DNA of 64,000 bases from Alphaproteobacteria bacterium. GTDB taxonomy: Bacteria > Pseudomonadota > Alphaproteobacteria > SP197. The notes under the pieces are model-generated. The model saw only the letters and a list, made by a program, of their open reading frames with translations. It did no database searches and was not told where the DNA came from. Location: the NCBI GenBank assembly GCA_964291415.2, contig OZ219917.1:896001-960000 (forward strand), written 5' to 3'. The translations under genes and the position numbers were made by a program. Positions 20,302-31,244 of this stretch are shown here, piece by piece (the first letter of the stretch is position 1; each line of letters opens with the position of its first letter).

Positions 20302-21564
20302 TCAGCCCGGAATCCTCTCGATCGTAGCCCCGCACCCCTGGAGTTTTTCCACAAGCCGTTCGTAGCCGCGGTCGAGGTGATAGACGCGGTTGACCATGGT
20401 TTCGCCGTCGGCGACCAGCCCGGCAAGGACCAGGCAAACGGAGGCGCGAAGATCCGTGGCCATGACCGGAGCGCCCTTCAGCCCGTCGACTCCCTGGACG
20501 ATGGCTGTGCCGCCGCGCACTTCGATATCCGCACCCATGCGCATCAGCTCGGGCACATGCATGAACCGGTTTTCGAAAATGTTCTCGTGAATCCGCGAAA
20601 TCCCGCAAGCTGTGGTCATGAGCGCCATGAACTGGGCCTGAAGGTCGGTGGCGAAGCCGGGGAAGGGGCGGGTGGTGACATCGACTCCCTTGAGGATGCC
20701 GTCGGCGCGCCGGACGTCGATACCGCCGTTCCGGCTTTCGATGGCCACGCCTGCCTGACGCAATGCGGAGGCGACATCGCCGAAGTGGTCCTCCGTGGCT
20801 CCGGCAAGTCGCAGGCGCCCGCCGGTGGCTGCCGCCGCCATGGCATAGGTGCCGGCCTCGATGCGGTCCGGGAGCATGCGGTGGGTGGCGCCTCCCAGGC
20901 GGGCGACGCCGTTGATGCGGATGTTGCAGGTTCCGGCACCGGTGATGTCGGCGCCCATCGCGTTGAGGCAATCGGCAAGGTCGAGGATTTCCGGTTCCAT
21001 GGCGGCATTGCGGATGAGGGTGGTGCCGCGGGCCAGAGTCGCCGTCATCATGACGTGCTCGGTAGCGCCCACCGAGACCTGCGGAAAGGTAAACTCAGCG
21101 CCATCAAGGCCACGTGGCGCCGCGCCCACGAGATAGCCGTCCTTCAGTTCGATAGTGGCGCCAAGCGCCTCGAGCCCGGCGATGTGGAGATCCACCGGCC
21201 GCGTGCCGATGGCGCAACCGCCAGGCAGCGAGACCTCGGCGTGGCCGCAGCGGGCAAGGAGCGGACCGAATACGAGGATCGAGGCTCTCATCTTGCGGAC
21301 CAGGTCATAGGGAGCCTTCATCGAGGTCAGCGATGCGGCGTCCAGTGTCATGCATCCGTCACCGTTCTTGCCTACGCGAACGCCCAGTTCGGCGAGCAGG
21401 TGAGCGAGGACGCTGACATCCACCACGTCCGGCTGGTTCGAGAGAATCAGGGGTCCGTCGCTCAACAGCGAGGCGACCATGAGCTTGAGCGCGGTGTTCT
21501 TGGCGCCCGCAATGGCAATCGTGCCCTCGAGCGGCCTGCCGCCCTCAAGACGAATCCTGTCCAC
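20302..21564 (-). CDS. murA: UDP-N-acetylglucosamine 1-carboxyvinyltransferase
   Basis: [44 protein letters not shown]. Confidence 0.97.
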   Translation of the reverse strand: MDRIRLEGGRPLEGTIAIAGAKNTALKLMVASLLSDGPLILSNQPDVVDVSVLAHLLAELGVRVGKNGDGCMTLDAASLTSMKAPYDLVRKMRASILVFGPLLARCGHAEVSLPGGCAIGTRPVDLHIAGLEALGATIELKDGYLVGAAPRGLDGAEFTFPQVSVGATEHVMMTATLARGTTLIRNAAMEPEILDLADCLNAMGADITGAGTCNIRINGVARLGGATHRMLPDRIEAGTYAMAAAATGGRLRLAGATEDHFGDVASALRQAGVAIESRNGGIDVRRADGILKGVDVTTRPFPGFATDLQAQFMALMTTACGISRIHENIFENRFMHVPELMRMGADIEVRGGTAIVQGVDGLKGAPVMATDLRASVCLVLAGLVADGETMVNRVYHLDRGYERLVEKLQGCGATIERIPG

Positions 21565-21595
21565 GTCCCTGCTCCCGGAATCCCTGGCGCGGTCT

Positions 21596-21811
21596 TCATA
21601 GACCTTCTGGGTCTCGACAAGTCAACCGTGGCCCTGTGGTTGAATCGTGGCCTTGCGGCGTGGTGCGGCCCCGGGTGTTTTCGTCGCCGGTGTCCCGCAG
21701 GGCCGGCCGGGAGCGCGCCCTGGACTGTTCCTTGCGCCGTTTCAGGTTGGCGCGCAGGGCCTCGGCGAGGCGTCTTGCCTTCTCGTCTGACGTTCCGGCT
21801 TTTCGGCCCAC
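21596..21811 (-). CDS. Small basic hypothetical protein upstream of murA
   Basis: [16 protein letters not shown] motif of the small ORF often found between tRNA-Thr and murA in Alphaproteobacteria. Confidence 0.6.
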   Translation of the reverse strand: MGRKAGTSDEKARRLAEALRANLKRRKEQSRARSRPALRDTGDENTRGRTTPQGHDSTTGPRLTCRDPEGL

Positions 21812-21878
21812 GATTGCGCTCCCGAACTTGTTTCCGCCAGTCCGCTGTGGCAGGTTCCGGCCGCCTGTCAGGCGCCGC

Positions 21879-21953
21879 GCCGCCGTAGCTCAGTGGTAGA
21901 GCGCACCCTTGGTAAGGGTGAGGTCCTCAGTTCAATCCTGAGCGGCGGCACCA
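21879..21953 (+). tRNA. tRNA-Thr (GGT)
   Basis: GCCGCCG/CGGCGGC acceptor stem, TAGCTCAGTGGTAGAGC D arm, CACCC-TTGGTAA-GGGTG anticodon arm, GTTCAATC T loop, encoded CCA. Confidence 0.97.
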
Positions 21954-22062
21954 CACTCGTGACGATATCCGATCCCGGTCCCCGGCACCAAGGCCGCGTC
22001 GGATTGAACGCGGCGTCGTGACGTGCGTTATGGTGAGGCGTTCCCCCAGGGAGGTGGCCGCC

Positions 22063-22748
22063 ATGATGCTGACCCCGACAGAGCTCGAACGCATGACCAT
22101 CTTCGTCGTGGCCGAAATGGCAAGGCGGCGCAAGGCGCGGGGCCTCAGGCTCAACCACCCCGAAGCCCATGCCTACATCGCCGACACCCTGCTCGAAGGG
22201 GCGCGGGAGGGGCGCAGCCTCGCCGACCTTGCAGGCTGGGGCGCCACGCTGCTCTCCAGCGGCGACGTGATGCCGGGCGTGGGGGCGCTCATGCCGATCG
22301 TCCAGGTCGAGGGACTCTTTCCGGATGGAGCCAAACTGATCACGGTACACCAGCCCATTCGTCCGCACGCCGACGGCGCGCAACCGGGAGAGGTGATGAC
22401 CCCCGACTCGGACATCACGCTCAACGCCGGGCCGTCGGCGGGTCGAGCTCGCGGTGCTCAACACGGGCGACCGGCCGGTCCAGGTGGGGAGCCACCATCA
22501 CTTCTTCGAGGCCAATGCCGAACTCGATTTCGATCGCGAGGCGGCATTCGGCATGCGCCTCGACATCGCGGCCGGAACGGCCGTTCGCTTCGAACCCGGC
22601 GAGAGCCGAACCGTCTCGCTGGTGGCCTATGGCGGCGACGGCATGGTCGAGGGGTTCAACCGCCTTGTCGAAGGATCCCTGGATGATGCGGACATCCGCG
22701 AGAGGGCCCTGGAGCGGGCCCGTGACACGCGGCTTCAGGGGGGCGTGA
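22063..22748 (+). pseudogene. ureAB: Fused urease gamma-beta subunit with two apparent +1 frameshifts
   Basis: Gamma: MLTPTELER...RRRKARGLRLNHPEA...FPDGAKLITVHQPI. Beta: ITLNAG | [28 protein letters not shown]...AVRFEPGE. Shifts at about 22430 and 22726. Confidence 0.85.
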
Positions 22749-22749
22749 C

Positions 22750-24459
22750 ATGGCGAGCATGTCGAGGGCGCGCTACGCCGGAACCTACGGGCCGACCACG
22801 GGCGACCGCGTCAGGCTTGGCGACACGAGTCTCCTGGCCGTGGTCACCAGGGATCACCTCGTGGCCGGTGACGAACTGACCACGGGGGCGGGCAAGAGCT
22901 ACCGCGACGGCATGGGAATGGACTGCGGCGCCCGTCACGACAGGGGAGCCCTCGATCTCGTCATTCACAACGCGCTGGTCATCGATCCCGTGATCGGAAT
23001 CGTGAAGGCCGACATCGGCGTGCGCGACGGCCGCATCGCCGGGATCGGCAAGGCGGGCAATCCGCGAATCATGGATGGCGTCCATCCCGGACTGGTCTGC
23101 GGACCCTCGACGGTCGTCGCCCATGGAGAACGTCTCATCGCCACGCCGGGCGGCATCGATGTCCATGTCCACTTCAAGTCACCCGACCTGGTGCGCCATG
23201 CCCTTGCAACCGGCCTCACCACCCTCGTGGGCGGTGGCCACGGTCCGCTCTTCAGCATCGATTCCGGCGGCGCCTGGACCACCGGGCGCATGCTGCAGGC
23301 CACCGACGCCCTGCCGATGAACTTCGGTTTTCTCGGGCGCGGCAGCACGAGCCGGGCCACGGGGATACGTGAACATGTCGCCTCAGGCATCATCGGCATC
23401 AAGGTGCACGAGGACTACGGAGCGAGCCCGGCTGCGATCGACACGGCGCTTGGCGTCGCCGACGACGTCGACTTCCAGGTGCAGCTCCACACGGACACGC
23501 TGAACGAGTCGGGCTTCTACGAATCCACCATGGCGGCCATCGCCGGGCGCACCATCCACATGTATCACACGGAAGGTGCGGGCGGCGGTCATGCTCCCGA
23601 CATCATCCGCTGCAACGGTGAAGCCCATTGCCTGCCGTCTTCGACCAATCCGACCAATCCCTTCACCGTCAACACCTTCGACGAGCACCTCGACATGGTG
23701 ATGGCGGTGCATCACCTGTCTGCGGATTCACCCGAGGATGTGGCCTTCGCCGAGAGCCGGATCCGCCGCACCACCACGGCGGCCGAAGACATCCTTCATG
23801 ATCTCGGGGCGATTTCCATGTTCGGCTCCGACAGCATGGGCATGGGACGGGTGAACGAGGTCGTGGCGCGCTGCTGGCAGCTGGCCAGCAAGATGCGGGA
23901 TCAGCGCGGTCCTCTCGAAGGCGAGCCGGTGGAGGGCGCCGACAACGCGCGCATCCTGAGATACCTCGCCAAGTACACGATCAACGCGGCCCGGGTCTTC
24001 GGCATCGATCACGAGGTGGGCAGTCTGGAGACCGGGAAAATGGCCGATATCGTGCTGTGGAAGCCGGCGTTCTTCGGACTCAAGCCGCAGACCGTGATCA
24101 AGGGCGGTTTCACCACCTTTGCGGCAATCGGCGACGCCGCTGCGAGCATCGGCCACGCCGATCCGGTTCTCGAGAGACCGGCCTGGGGCATGTGCGGTCG
24201 CGCGCCAGCGTCCATCGCGACAACGTTCGTCCACCCCTCGGCGATCGGGCAGGATCTGGCTGGCAGGCTGGACCTGGCGAAACCCCTCACGGCGATCGGA
24301 CCGACCCGCCGGCTCACCAAGGCCGACATGCTCCACAACGATGCCCTGCCGGAGATTCGCGTCGATTCGCAGACCTTCGAGGTGATGGTCGATGGCGAGG
24401 CGGCCTGGTGCGAACCCGTCGATCACGTGGCCCTGGGACAACTCTACCTTCTCGGATAG
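22750..24459 (+). CDS. ureC: Urease alpha subunit-like protein (divergent)
   Basis: [63 protein letters not shown]. Confidence 0.92.
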   Translation: MASMSRARYAGTYGPTTGDRVRLGDTSLLAVVTRDHLVAGDELTTGAGKSYRDGMGMDCGARHDRGALDLVIHNALVIDPVIGIVKADIGVRDGRIAGIGKAGNPRIMDGVHPGLVCGPSTVVAHGERLIATPGGIDVHVHFKSPDLVRHALATGLTTLVGGGHGPLFSIDSGGAWTTGRMLQATDALPMNFGFLGRGSTSRATGIREHVASGIIGIKVHEDYGASPAAIDTALGVADDVDFQVQLHTDTLNESGFYESTMAAIAGRTIHMYHTEGAGGGHAPDIIRCNGEAHCLPSSTNPTNPFTVNTFDEHLDMVMAVHHLSADSPEDVAFAESRIRRTTTAAEDILHDLGAISMFGSDSMGMGRVNEVVARCWQLASKMRDQRGPLEGEPVEGADNARILRYLAKYTINAARVFGIDHEVGSLETGKMADIVLWKPAFFGLKPQTVIKGGFTTFAAIGDAAASIGHADPVLERPAWGMCGRAPASIATTFVHPSAIGQDLAGRLDLAKPLTAIGPTRRLTKADMLHNDALPEIRVDSQTFEVMVDGEAAWCEPVDHVALGQLYLLG

Positions 24460-24462
24460 GCC

Positions 24463-25395
24463 CTACCTGTCGTCAAGGAACTGCAGGTACTGTTCCTCGA
24501 AATCGAAGGCGAGAAGTTTCTTGTAGGCGTCCATGATGCGCCGCGTCACCGGGCCGGGAATGGTGCCGCAGATCGTTTCGCGGCGGTCGACCGAGCGGAC
24601 GGGACAGACGCACAGGCTGGTCGACGACAGGAAGATCTCGTCAGCCGTGTAGGCATCGAAGAGATCGAGGCTGGTCTCGTGCACCACGATTCCGAGATCG
24701 GCTGCAAGGTCCATGACGGTCGACCGGCTGACGCCCTCGAGCACCATGTCGCCCCGCGGCGTGAAGAGTTCGCCCCGGCGCACGATCCACAGGTTCTGTC
24801 CCGCGCCCTCGTTGAGATTCCCGTTGATGTCCAGCAACCCGGCCCAGGCGTCGGGATTCGCCGCCTTCACCTGGCGGTCCGCGAGGAAGACGTTGATGTA
24901 GTTCGTGAGCTTGGCGCGGGGACTCTGGGATTCGGGAGGTGTCCGGCGGATGGACGAGATGCCGATGTCGATGCCGTCGCGGAACAGCCGCGCCCGCGGC
25001 CGGAAGGGGATCGGCTGGACATGGACGATGACCGTGGGGCCGGTACGCAGGTTGGGTTCGTCACCGACCCAGTCGGCGCCACGCGAGACGTTCTGGAACA
25101 CCCAGTAGTCCTCTCCCTCGGGCAGGAGCGGAAGGTTGCGGGAGACCACCTCTTCGGTGATGGCAGCCATGTCGTCAGGCGATTCGTCGACGTCGATTCC
25201 GAGGTAGCGCAGGGACCGGTAGAGACGGTCGATGTGCTCCGCGAGGCGAAACAGCCTGCCGTTGACCGTGCGTTCCGTGTCGAAGGCGCCGTCTCCCCAG
25301 CGGAATCCGCGGTCGCGGAACGGAACGACGACATGGCTTTCCGGAACGTAGTGGCCATTGAAGTAGGCGATTCGCTCGTTGGGACGTTCTGTCAT
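24463..25395 (-). CDS. Class IV aminotransferase (branched-chain/D-amino acid aminotransferase-like)
   Basis: DRGFRWGDGAFDT, HIDRLYRS, RAKLTNY (PLP Lys), EGAGQN, LEGVSR, ADEIFLSST. Confidence 0.88.
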   Translation of the reverse strand: MTERPNERIAYFNGHYVPESHVVVPFRDRGFRWGDGAFDTERTVNGRLFRLAEHIDRLYRSLRYLGIDVDESPDDMAAITEEVVSRNLPLLPEGEDYWVFQNVSRGADWVGDEPNLRTGPTVIVHVQPIPFRPRARLFRDGIDIGISSIRRTPPESQSPRAKLTNYINVFLADRQVKAANPDAWAGLLDINGNLNEGAGQNLWIVRRGELFTPRGDMVLEGVSRSTVMDLAADLGIVVHETSLDLFDAYTADEIFLSSTSLCVCPVRSVDRRETICGTIPGPVTRRIMDAYKKLLAFDFEEQYLQFLDDR

Positions 25396-25535
25396 CGGAA
25401 TCTCCGGCGGGGCATCACCGATTCCCGAGAGTGTGCGAGATCGCCGGCGGGGGCAACCTTCGAGTGCGAGCGTTCGCTCGGCATTGCACCACATGATACC
25501 GTTCCTTGGGAAGACACCCCAAAATTGGGTATGCC

Positions 25536-25581
25536 GGTCAATATATGGTAGATTCAAAAAAACATGTTGAACATATGGTAG
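25536..25581. promoter_or_regulatory. Tandem NrdR-box-like operators upstream of nrdJ
   Basis: gtCAATATATGGtag (core 25539-25548) and ttGAACATATGGtag (core 25569-25578), 30 bp apart, matching the CwAtATaTwG core; weaker copy at 25519. Confidence 0.7.
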
Positions 25582-25656
25582 ATCCGTTGTCACAATGATC
25601 GTTCGTCAGCAGCCGCCAAGAGCTGTGATGAGGCAAGTCACGAGGGAGTTGGACGG

Positions 25657-28600
25657 ATGCGGATCAGGCGCCACTTCACCACCGCAGGCAAGGATGCCTA
25701 TCACGGCATCGGCTTCCGCAAGGCGATGAGCGAGATCCGCAACCCCGATGGTTCGGTCGTTTTCCGGCAGGAGGGAATCGAGGTTCCCGACTCCTGGTCA
25801 CAGGTCGCCAGCGACATCATTGCCCAGAAGTACTTCCGCAAGGCGGGTGTGCCCGACAGCCTGCAGGCGGTCGAGGAAGGGTCGGTTCCGGCCTGGCTCA
25901 GCCGTCGCGAGGCCGCACCCGGCGCCGGCACGACCGGTGAGACGGACAGCCGGCAGGTCTTTGACCGCATGGCCGGCACCTGGACCTACTGGGGCTGGAA
26001 GGGCGGCTACTTCGATCGCGAAGAGGATGCGCGCACCTTCTTCGACGAGGTGCGGTTCATGCTGGCCTCGCAAATCGCGGCGCCCAACTCGCCACAGTGG
26101 TTCAACACCGGGCTTCACTGGGCCTACGGCATCTCGGGCCCGGCCCAGGGTCACTACTACGTCAACCACGAGACCGGTCGCCTCAACCGCTCGACCAACG
26201 CCTACGAGCGGCCCCAGCCTCACGCCTGTTTCATCCAGAGCGTGGCCGACGACCTGGTCAACGAGAACGGCATCATGGACCTGTGGGTACGCGAAGCGCG
26301 CCTCTTCAAGTTCGGGTCCGGCACCGGATCGAACTTCTCGGCGCTCAGAGGCGAGGGCGAGCCGCTGTCGGGCGGGGGCCGTTCATCGGGTCTCATGAGT
26401 TTCCTCAAGGTGGGAGACAGGGCGGCAGGCGCCATCAAGTCCGGTGGCACGACACGCCGCGCCGCCAAGATGGTGGTCGTCGACATCGACCACCCGGATG
26501 TCGAGAACTTCATCTCCTGGAAGATGGTCGAGGAACAGAAAGTGGCGGCGCTCGTCGCCGGATCGAGGCAGTGCCACAAGCACCTCAACGCCGTGATGGA
26601 GGCATGCCACGAGGGAGACCGTCACGACGAGACGAGGTTCGATCCGAAGGAGAATTCGTCGCTGCGCAAGGCCGTTCTGGCGTGTCGCCGGGCGATGGTC
26701 CCGGAAGCCGGAATCCAGCGTGTGCTCCAGCTCGCCCGGCAGGGTTACCGCACGGTCGAGTTTCCGTTGCTGGACACGGACTGGGATTCGGAGGCCTACA
26801 GGACCGTTTCGGGACAGAACGCCAACAACTCCGTCAGGGTGACCAACGCGTTCCTCGAAGCCGTCGAGGCCGATCGCAACTGGGACCTGATACGGCGCAC
26901 CGACGGCACGGTGTCCAGGTCCGTGAAGGCGCGGGACCTGTGGGACAGGATCGCCTTCGCCGCCTGGGCCTCGGCGGACCCCGGAATCCAGTACGACACG
27001 ACCATCAACGAGTGGCACACATGCCCCGGGTCGGGACGGATCAACGCCTCCAATCCCTGTTCGGAGTACATGTTCCTCGACGACACGGCATGCAATCTCG
27101 CCTCGCTCAATCTCCTCAAGTTCCGAATGGACGACGGCCGCTTCGACATCACCGCCTTCGAGCATGCGGTCCGGCTGTGGACCATCGTGCTGGAGATATC
27201 GGTCATGATGGCCCAGTTCCCGTCCCGGGAGATTGCCAGGCGGTCGTACGACTTCCGGTCGCTCGGACTGGGCTATGCCAACCTCGGCGGCCTGCTGATG
27301 GCATCGGGTCATTCCTATGACTCCACGGAAGGCCGGGCCTTCTGCGGCGCCGTCAGCGCCATCATGACCGGGGTCGGCTACGCCACGAGCGCCGAGATGG
27401 CCGGCGAACTCGGACCTTTCCCCGGTTTCGCCAGAAACCGTGACGCCATGCTGCGGGTGATGCGCAACCACCGCCGGGCCGCCATCAGCGGACAGGACAA
27501 CTACGAAGGACTGTCGGTGCTGCCCGTGGCCATCGATCACGGAGCGCTGCCTCTGCCCGAACTGGGCGAGGCGGCCGTCCGGGCGTGGGACGAGGCTCTC
27601 CGGCTGGGGGAGCAGCACGGCTACCGGAATGCCCAGGCGACGGTGATCGCGCCGACGGGGACCATCGGCCTCGTCATGGATTGCGATACCACGGGAATCG
27701 AGCCCGATTTCGCGCTGGTGAAGTTCAAGAAGCTGGCGGGCGGCGGTTACTTCAAGATCATCAACCGGACGGTGCCGGTGGCGCTCGCCATGCTGGGTTA
27801 CAGCGAGCGCGAGATCACGGCGATGATCACCCATGCCGTGGGCCACGGCACGCTTGCCGGCGCGCCGTCGGTGAATCACGAGACCCTTCGCGCGAAGGGA
27901 TTCACGGACGATGTCCTGGAGAAGGTCGAGAATTCACTGAAGGCGGCGTTCGACATCCGTTTCGTCTTCAACAGGTGGACCCTTGGCGAGGATTTCTGCA
28001 CCGGGACACTGGCACTCGATGCCCAGGATCTCGAGGATCCCGGCTTCGATCTTCTGACCGCCATCGGCTTCAGTCGGGCCGACATCGAGGCCGCCAACAG
28101 CTTCTGCTGCGGCACCATGACCCTTGAGGGAGCACCGCACATTCGTGACGAGCATCTTGCGGTGTTCGACTGCGCCAATCCCTGTGGCCGCCTGGGCAGG
28201 CGGTTCTTGTCGACCGACAGTCACATCAGGATGATGGCGGCCGCACAGCCCTTCATCTCGGGCGCCATCTCCAAGACGATCAACATGCCCGCCACGGCTT
28301 CGGTCGAGGAATGTCGCGACACCTACAAGCTGTCCTGGCGCCTTGGCCTCAAGGCCAATGCGCTCTACCGGGACGGTTCGAAACTCTCACAGCCTCTCTC
28401 TGCCATGCATTTCGGTGACCTGGCAGAGGATCTCGAGGAGGCGCAAGACCGCCCCGAGGCGATCCGCAAGGTCGTTACCACCATCGTGCGCAACGAGCGC
28501 CGGCGTCTCGACAACCGTCGTCGCGGCTATACGCAGAAGGCCATCGTCGGCGGTCACAAGGTCTACCTGAAGACCGGTGAATACGTCGACGGCAGTCTGG

Positions 28601-29205
28601 GCGAGATCTTCATCGACATGCACAAGGAAGGCGCGGCCTTCCGCAGCCTGATGAACAATTTCGCGATCGCCGTGTCGATCGGCCTGCAGTACGGCGTGCC
28701 GCTCGAAGAGTTCGTTGACGCGTACACCTTCACCCGCTTCGAGCCCAGCGGCATGGTCGAGGGCAACGACACCATCAAGATGTCAACGTCCATCCTCGAC
28801 TACATCTTCCGTGAGCTGGCGATCAGCTATCTCGCCCGCAACGATCTCGCCCATGTCGAGCCCGGTGACCTGATGCCGGACACGGTGGGTCGCGGCGATG
28901 CCGGCGAGGAGTTCGCCGAAACCGATGACGGCATGGCCGAGGTTCAGAGCCTGCTCGAACAGGTCGCGAGCAGAGGCTACATGCGGGGCCGTCACCTCCA
29001 GGTTCTCGATGGCGGGCGCCAGGCAGAACCGGTCAGGGTGGCCGCGGCCCAACACGAAATGTTTGCAGGCGTCACCGCCGCCGATGCGGCACGCATGCAA
29101 GGCTACGAGGGGGATCCGTGCGAAGAATGCGGCAACCTCACACTGGTCCGCAACGGGACCTGTCTCAAGTGCGTCACCTGTGGTGCGACAAGTGGATGCT
29201 CGTGA
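25657..29205 (+). CDS. nrdJ: Vitamin B12-dependent (class II) ribonucleotide reductase
   Basis: [47 protein letters not shown]-like domain and C-terminal CxxC/CxxC zinc ribbon. Confidence 0.97.
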   Translation: MRIRRHFTTAGKDAYHGIGFRKAMSEIRNPDGSVVFRQEGIEVPDSWSQVASDIIAQKYFRKAGVPDSLQAVEEGSVPAWLSRREAAPGAGTTGETDSRQVFDRMAGTWTYWGWKGGYFDREEDARTFFDEVRFMLASQIAAPNSPQWFNTGLHWAYGISGPAQGHYYVNHETGRLNRSTNAYERPQPHACFIQSVADDLVNENGIMDLWVREARLFKFGSGTGSNFSALRGEGEPLSGGGRSSGLMSFLKVGDRAAGAIKSGGTTRRAAKMVVVDIDHPDVENFISWKMVEEQKVAALVAGSRQCHKHLNAVMEACHEGDRHDETRFDPKENSSLRKAVLACRRAMVPEAGIQRVLQLARQGYRTVEFPLLDTDWDSEAYRTVSGQNANNSVRVTNAFLEAVEADRNWDLIRRTDGTVSRSVKARDLWDRIAFAAWASADPGIQYDTTINEWHTCPGSGRINASNPCSEYMFLDDTACNLASLNLLKFRMDDGRFDITAFEHAVRLWTIVLEISVMMAQFPSREIARRSYDFRSLGLGYANLGGLLMASGHSYDSTEGRAFCGAVSAIMTGVGYATSAEMAGELGPFPGFARNRDAMLRVMRNHRRAAISGQDNYEGLSVLPVAIDHGALPLPELGEAAVRAWDEALRLGEQHGYRNAQATVIAPTGTIGLVMDCDTTGIEPDFALVKFKKLAGGGYFKIINRTVPVALAMLGYSEREITAMITHAVGHGTLAGAPSVNHETLRAKGFTDDVLEKVENSLKAAFDIRFVFNRWTLGEDFCTGTLALDAQDLEDPGFDLLTAIGFSRADIEAANSFCCGTMTLEGAPHIRDEHLAVFDCANPCGRLGRRFLSTDSHIRMMAAAQPFISGAISKTINMPATASVEECRDTYKLSWRLGLKANALYRDGSKLSQPLSAMHFGDLAEDLEEAQDRPEAIRKVVTTIVRNERRRLDNRRRGYTQKAIVGGHKVYLKTGEYVDGSLGEIFIDMHKEGAAFRSLMNNFAIAVSIGLQYGVPLEEFVDAYTFTRFEPSGMVEGNDTIKMSTSILDYIFRELAISYLARNDLAHVEPGDLMPDTVGRGDAGEEFAETDDGMAEVQSLLEQVASRGYMRGRHLQVLDGGRQAEPVRVAAAQHEMFAGVTAADAARMQGYEGDPCEECGNLTLVRNGTCLKCVTCGATSGCS

Positions 29206-29221
29206 CTCCCGTTGCTGACAT

Positions 29222-29317
29222 GGGTGGTCGGGTCTGGCGATCGGCCGGCTGACTGCCTGATTTCATGGTGTGTCCTCCCCAACTTGGGGGTGGGTTTCGG
29301 CTCACCCCCATTTTTTT
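29222..29317 (+). ncRNA. Candidate suhB/MmgR (alpha-r8)-like small RNA with intrinsic terminator
   Basis: 5' hairpin (29222-29258), single-stranded anti-SD tract TGTCCTCCCCAACTT, then terminator TGGGGGTGGGT-TTCG-GCTCACCCCCA-T7. Confidence 0.55.
29285..29317 (+). terminator. Rho-independent terminator downstream of nrdJ
   Basis: 11-bp stem with UUCG loop followed by 7 T. Confidence 0.85.
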
Positions 29318-29482
29318 GCAACCCGCTTCCGTCACCGGTGGGCATGACGCCTTTCCCTCCCCGATTGCGTACCGAAGTGATCGTCTGTCTTGCGGACAGG
29401 CACTGAATGGCGGCGTTGGCGCCGCGAGTTGTCATGACGGCCGATCTATGCTGCACTGCACAATGACGAGTTCGGGGTGGGT

Positions 29483-30334
29483 ATGACACCTGTACGCACC
29501 GTGGCGGCACTGCGACTTCAGCTGGATGAATGGCGGGTGGCTGGTGACACCATTGTCCTCGTTCCCACGATGGGCGCCCTGCACGACGGACACCTGGCGC
29601 TGGTCCGGGTGGCGAGGGAACGCGCGCGCCGCGTGGTGGCGAGTCTCTTCGTCAATCCCGCCCAGTTTGCCCCGGGCGAGGATTTTGCCAGCTACCCAAG
29701 GAACGAGGCGGAGGACATGGCGTGTTTTCTCGATGCCGGCGTTGACCTCGTCTATGCCCCGGAAGCGCAGGACATGTACCCTGAGGGGTTTGCCACGACT
29801 GTTACGCCGGGCGGCGCCGCGCAAGGGCTCGAGGCCGATTACCGGGAAGGGTTCTTTTCGGGCGTTGCCACCGTGGTGCTCAAGCTGTTCATGCAGACCC
29901 GCGCCGACGCAGCGGTGTTCGGGGAGAAGGACTACCAGCAACTTGTGGTCGTGAATCAGATGGTCCGCGATCTCGACCTTGGGATTGACATCGTCCCGGT
30001 GGCCACGGTGCGTGAGGCGGACGGTCTCGCCATGTCTTCGCGCAATGTCTACCTCGGCGCCGAAGACCGCCATCGCGCGGCCGGACTCTTCCGCATCCTG
30101 TTGGAGACACGTGACGTCCTTGGTGGAGGAGAGCCTCCGGATACGGCGATCCGCAATGCCTTGAGACGTCTGGAAGCTGCCTTCGATGCCGTCGACTATC
30201 TCTCGTTGCGCGACCCCGTCACTCTTGGTGTGGTAGAGACGCGGGCCCGTGCAGCAAGACTGCTGTCCGCCGTGCGTCTCGGAGGAACCCGGCTGATTGA
30301 CAATGTGGCGGTGACATTGCCGGGAGGAACGTGA
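29483..30334 (+). CDS. panC: Pantoate--beta-alanine ligase
   Basis: VPTMGALHDGH, FVNPAQF, FGEKDYQQ, DGLAMSSRN, RLIDN. Confidence 0.96.
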   Translation: MTPVRTVAALRLQLDEWRVAGDTIVLVPTMGALHDGHLALVRVARERARRVVASLFVNPAQFAPGEDFASYPRNEAEDMACFLDAGVDLVYAPEAQDMYPEGFATTVTPGGAAQGLEADYREGFFSGVATVVLKLFMQTRADAAVFGEKDYQQLVVVNQMVRDLDLGIDIVPVATVREADGLAMSSRNVYLGAEDRHRAAGLFRILLETRDVLGGGEPPDTAIRNALRRLEAAFDAVDYLSLRDPVTLGVVETRARAARLLSAVRLGGTRLIDNVAVTLPGGT

Positions 30335-30337
30335 GAC

Positions 30338-31171
30338 ATGGCGCCGGACCCACCGGACAATCCTGACCCAAGCGGACTGCTCGGTCCCCGGGGTGGTGAG
30401 CCGATCGTCGGCCTGACGGCCTACACGGCGCCCATGGCTGCCAGGATCGACCGGCATGTGGACTTCATCCTGGTTGGCGATTCGGTCGCGATGGTGCTCT
30501 ACGGCATGGAGACGACACGGACCATCGACATCGACACGATGATCCGCCATGGCCGGGCTGTCGCCCAGGCAGCCGCCAACACCCTGGTCGTTATCGACAT
30601 GCCCTTCGGCACCTATGAGCACAACCGGGACGTGGCGCTCTCGAATGCCCGGCGCATGCTTGCCGAGACGGGCTGCGATGCCGTGAAGATGGAAGGCGGG
30701 GACAGTCTGGCCGGGACGGTCGAGGCCGCCGTCGCGGACGGCATTCCCGTGATGGGCCACGTCGGCCTGATGCCGCAGCGGGCGAGAAGCGTCGCGCAGA
30801 TGCGCTCCAGGGGCCATTCGGACACCACCCGGCGACGCATCCTGAAAGATGCCCGGGCGATTGCCCAGGCCGGGGCCTTCGCCATCGTTGTTGAGGGAGT
30901 CGTCGAAAGCGTTGCGCGCGACATCACTGAAGCCTCGTCCGTTCCCATCATCGGCATTGGCGCTTCGGTCGCCTGCGACGGTCAAATCCTCGTCACCGAG
31001 GACATGACCGGCATGTTCGACACCTTCACGCCGAAGTTCGTGAAGCGCTATGCCGAGGTCGGACAGATCGTGGAAGAGGCGGTCATGGCCTATGCCGGCG
31101 ATGTCCGCAGCCGGCGCTTCCCGGGACCCGAACACACCTTCGCAAAACGCCGGAAAAAGGCCGCCAGGTGA
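30338..31171 (+). CDS. panB: 3-methyl-2-oxobutanoate hydroxymethyltransferase
   Basis: LTAY, LVGDS, DMPFG, AVKMEGG, GHVGLMPQ, IGIGA, CDGQILV, PKFVKRY. Confidence 0.96.
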   Translation: MAPDPPDNPDPSGLLGPRGGEPIVGLTAYTAPMAARIDRHVDFILVGDSVAMVLYGMETTRTIDIDTMIRHGRAVAQAAANTLVVIDMPFGTYEHNRDVALSNARRMLAETGCDAVKMEGGDSLAGTVEAAVADGIPVMGHVGLMPQRARSVAQMRSRGHSDTTRRRILKDARAIAQAGAFAIVVEGVVESVARDITEASSVPIIGIGASVACDGQILVTEDMTGMFDTFTPKFVKRYAEVGQIVEEAVMAYAGDVRSRRFPGPEHTFAKRRKKAAR

Positions 31172-31244
31172 GACATGGAGTTCCGTCGTTGATCGGAGCA
31201 TGGCGGGTACATAGGATCGAAGGCGGATGAAGCGGGTGGGGATC

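Noticed and set aside
21879-24460. tRNA-Thr as an integration site for an island
   Set aside because: No integrase is present and I found no duplicated tRNA 3' end (attR) in the window; only adjacency is supported.
25396-25656. Cobalamin riboswitch upstream of nrdJ
   Set aside because: No B12-box or conserved GGGAA/GCCACTG architecture is visible; NrdR-like boxes explain the region.
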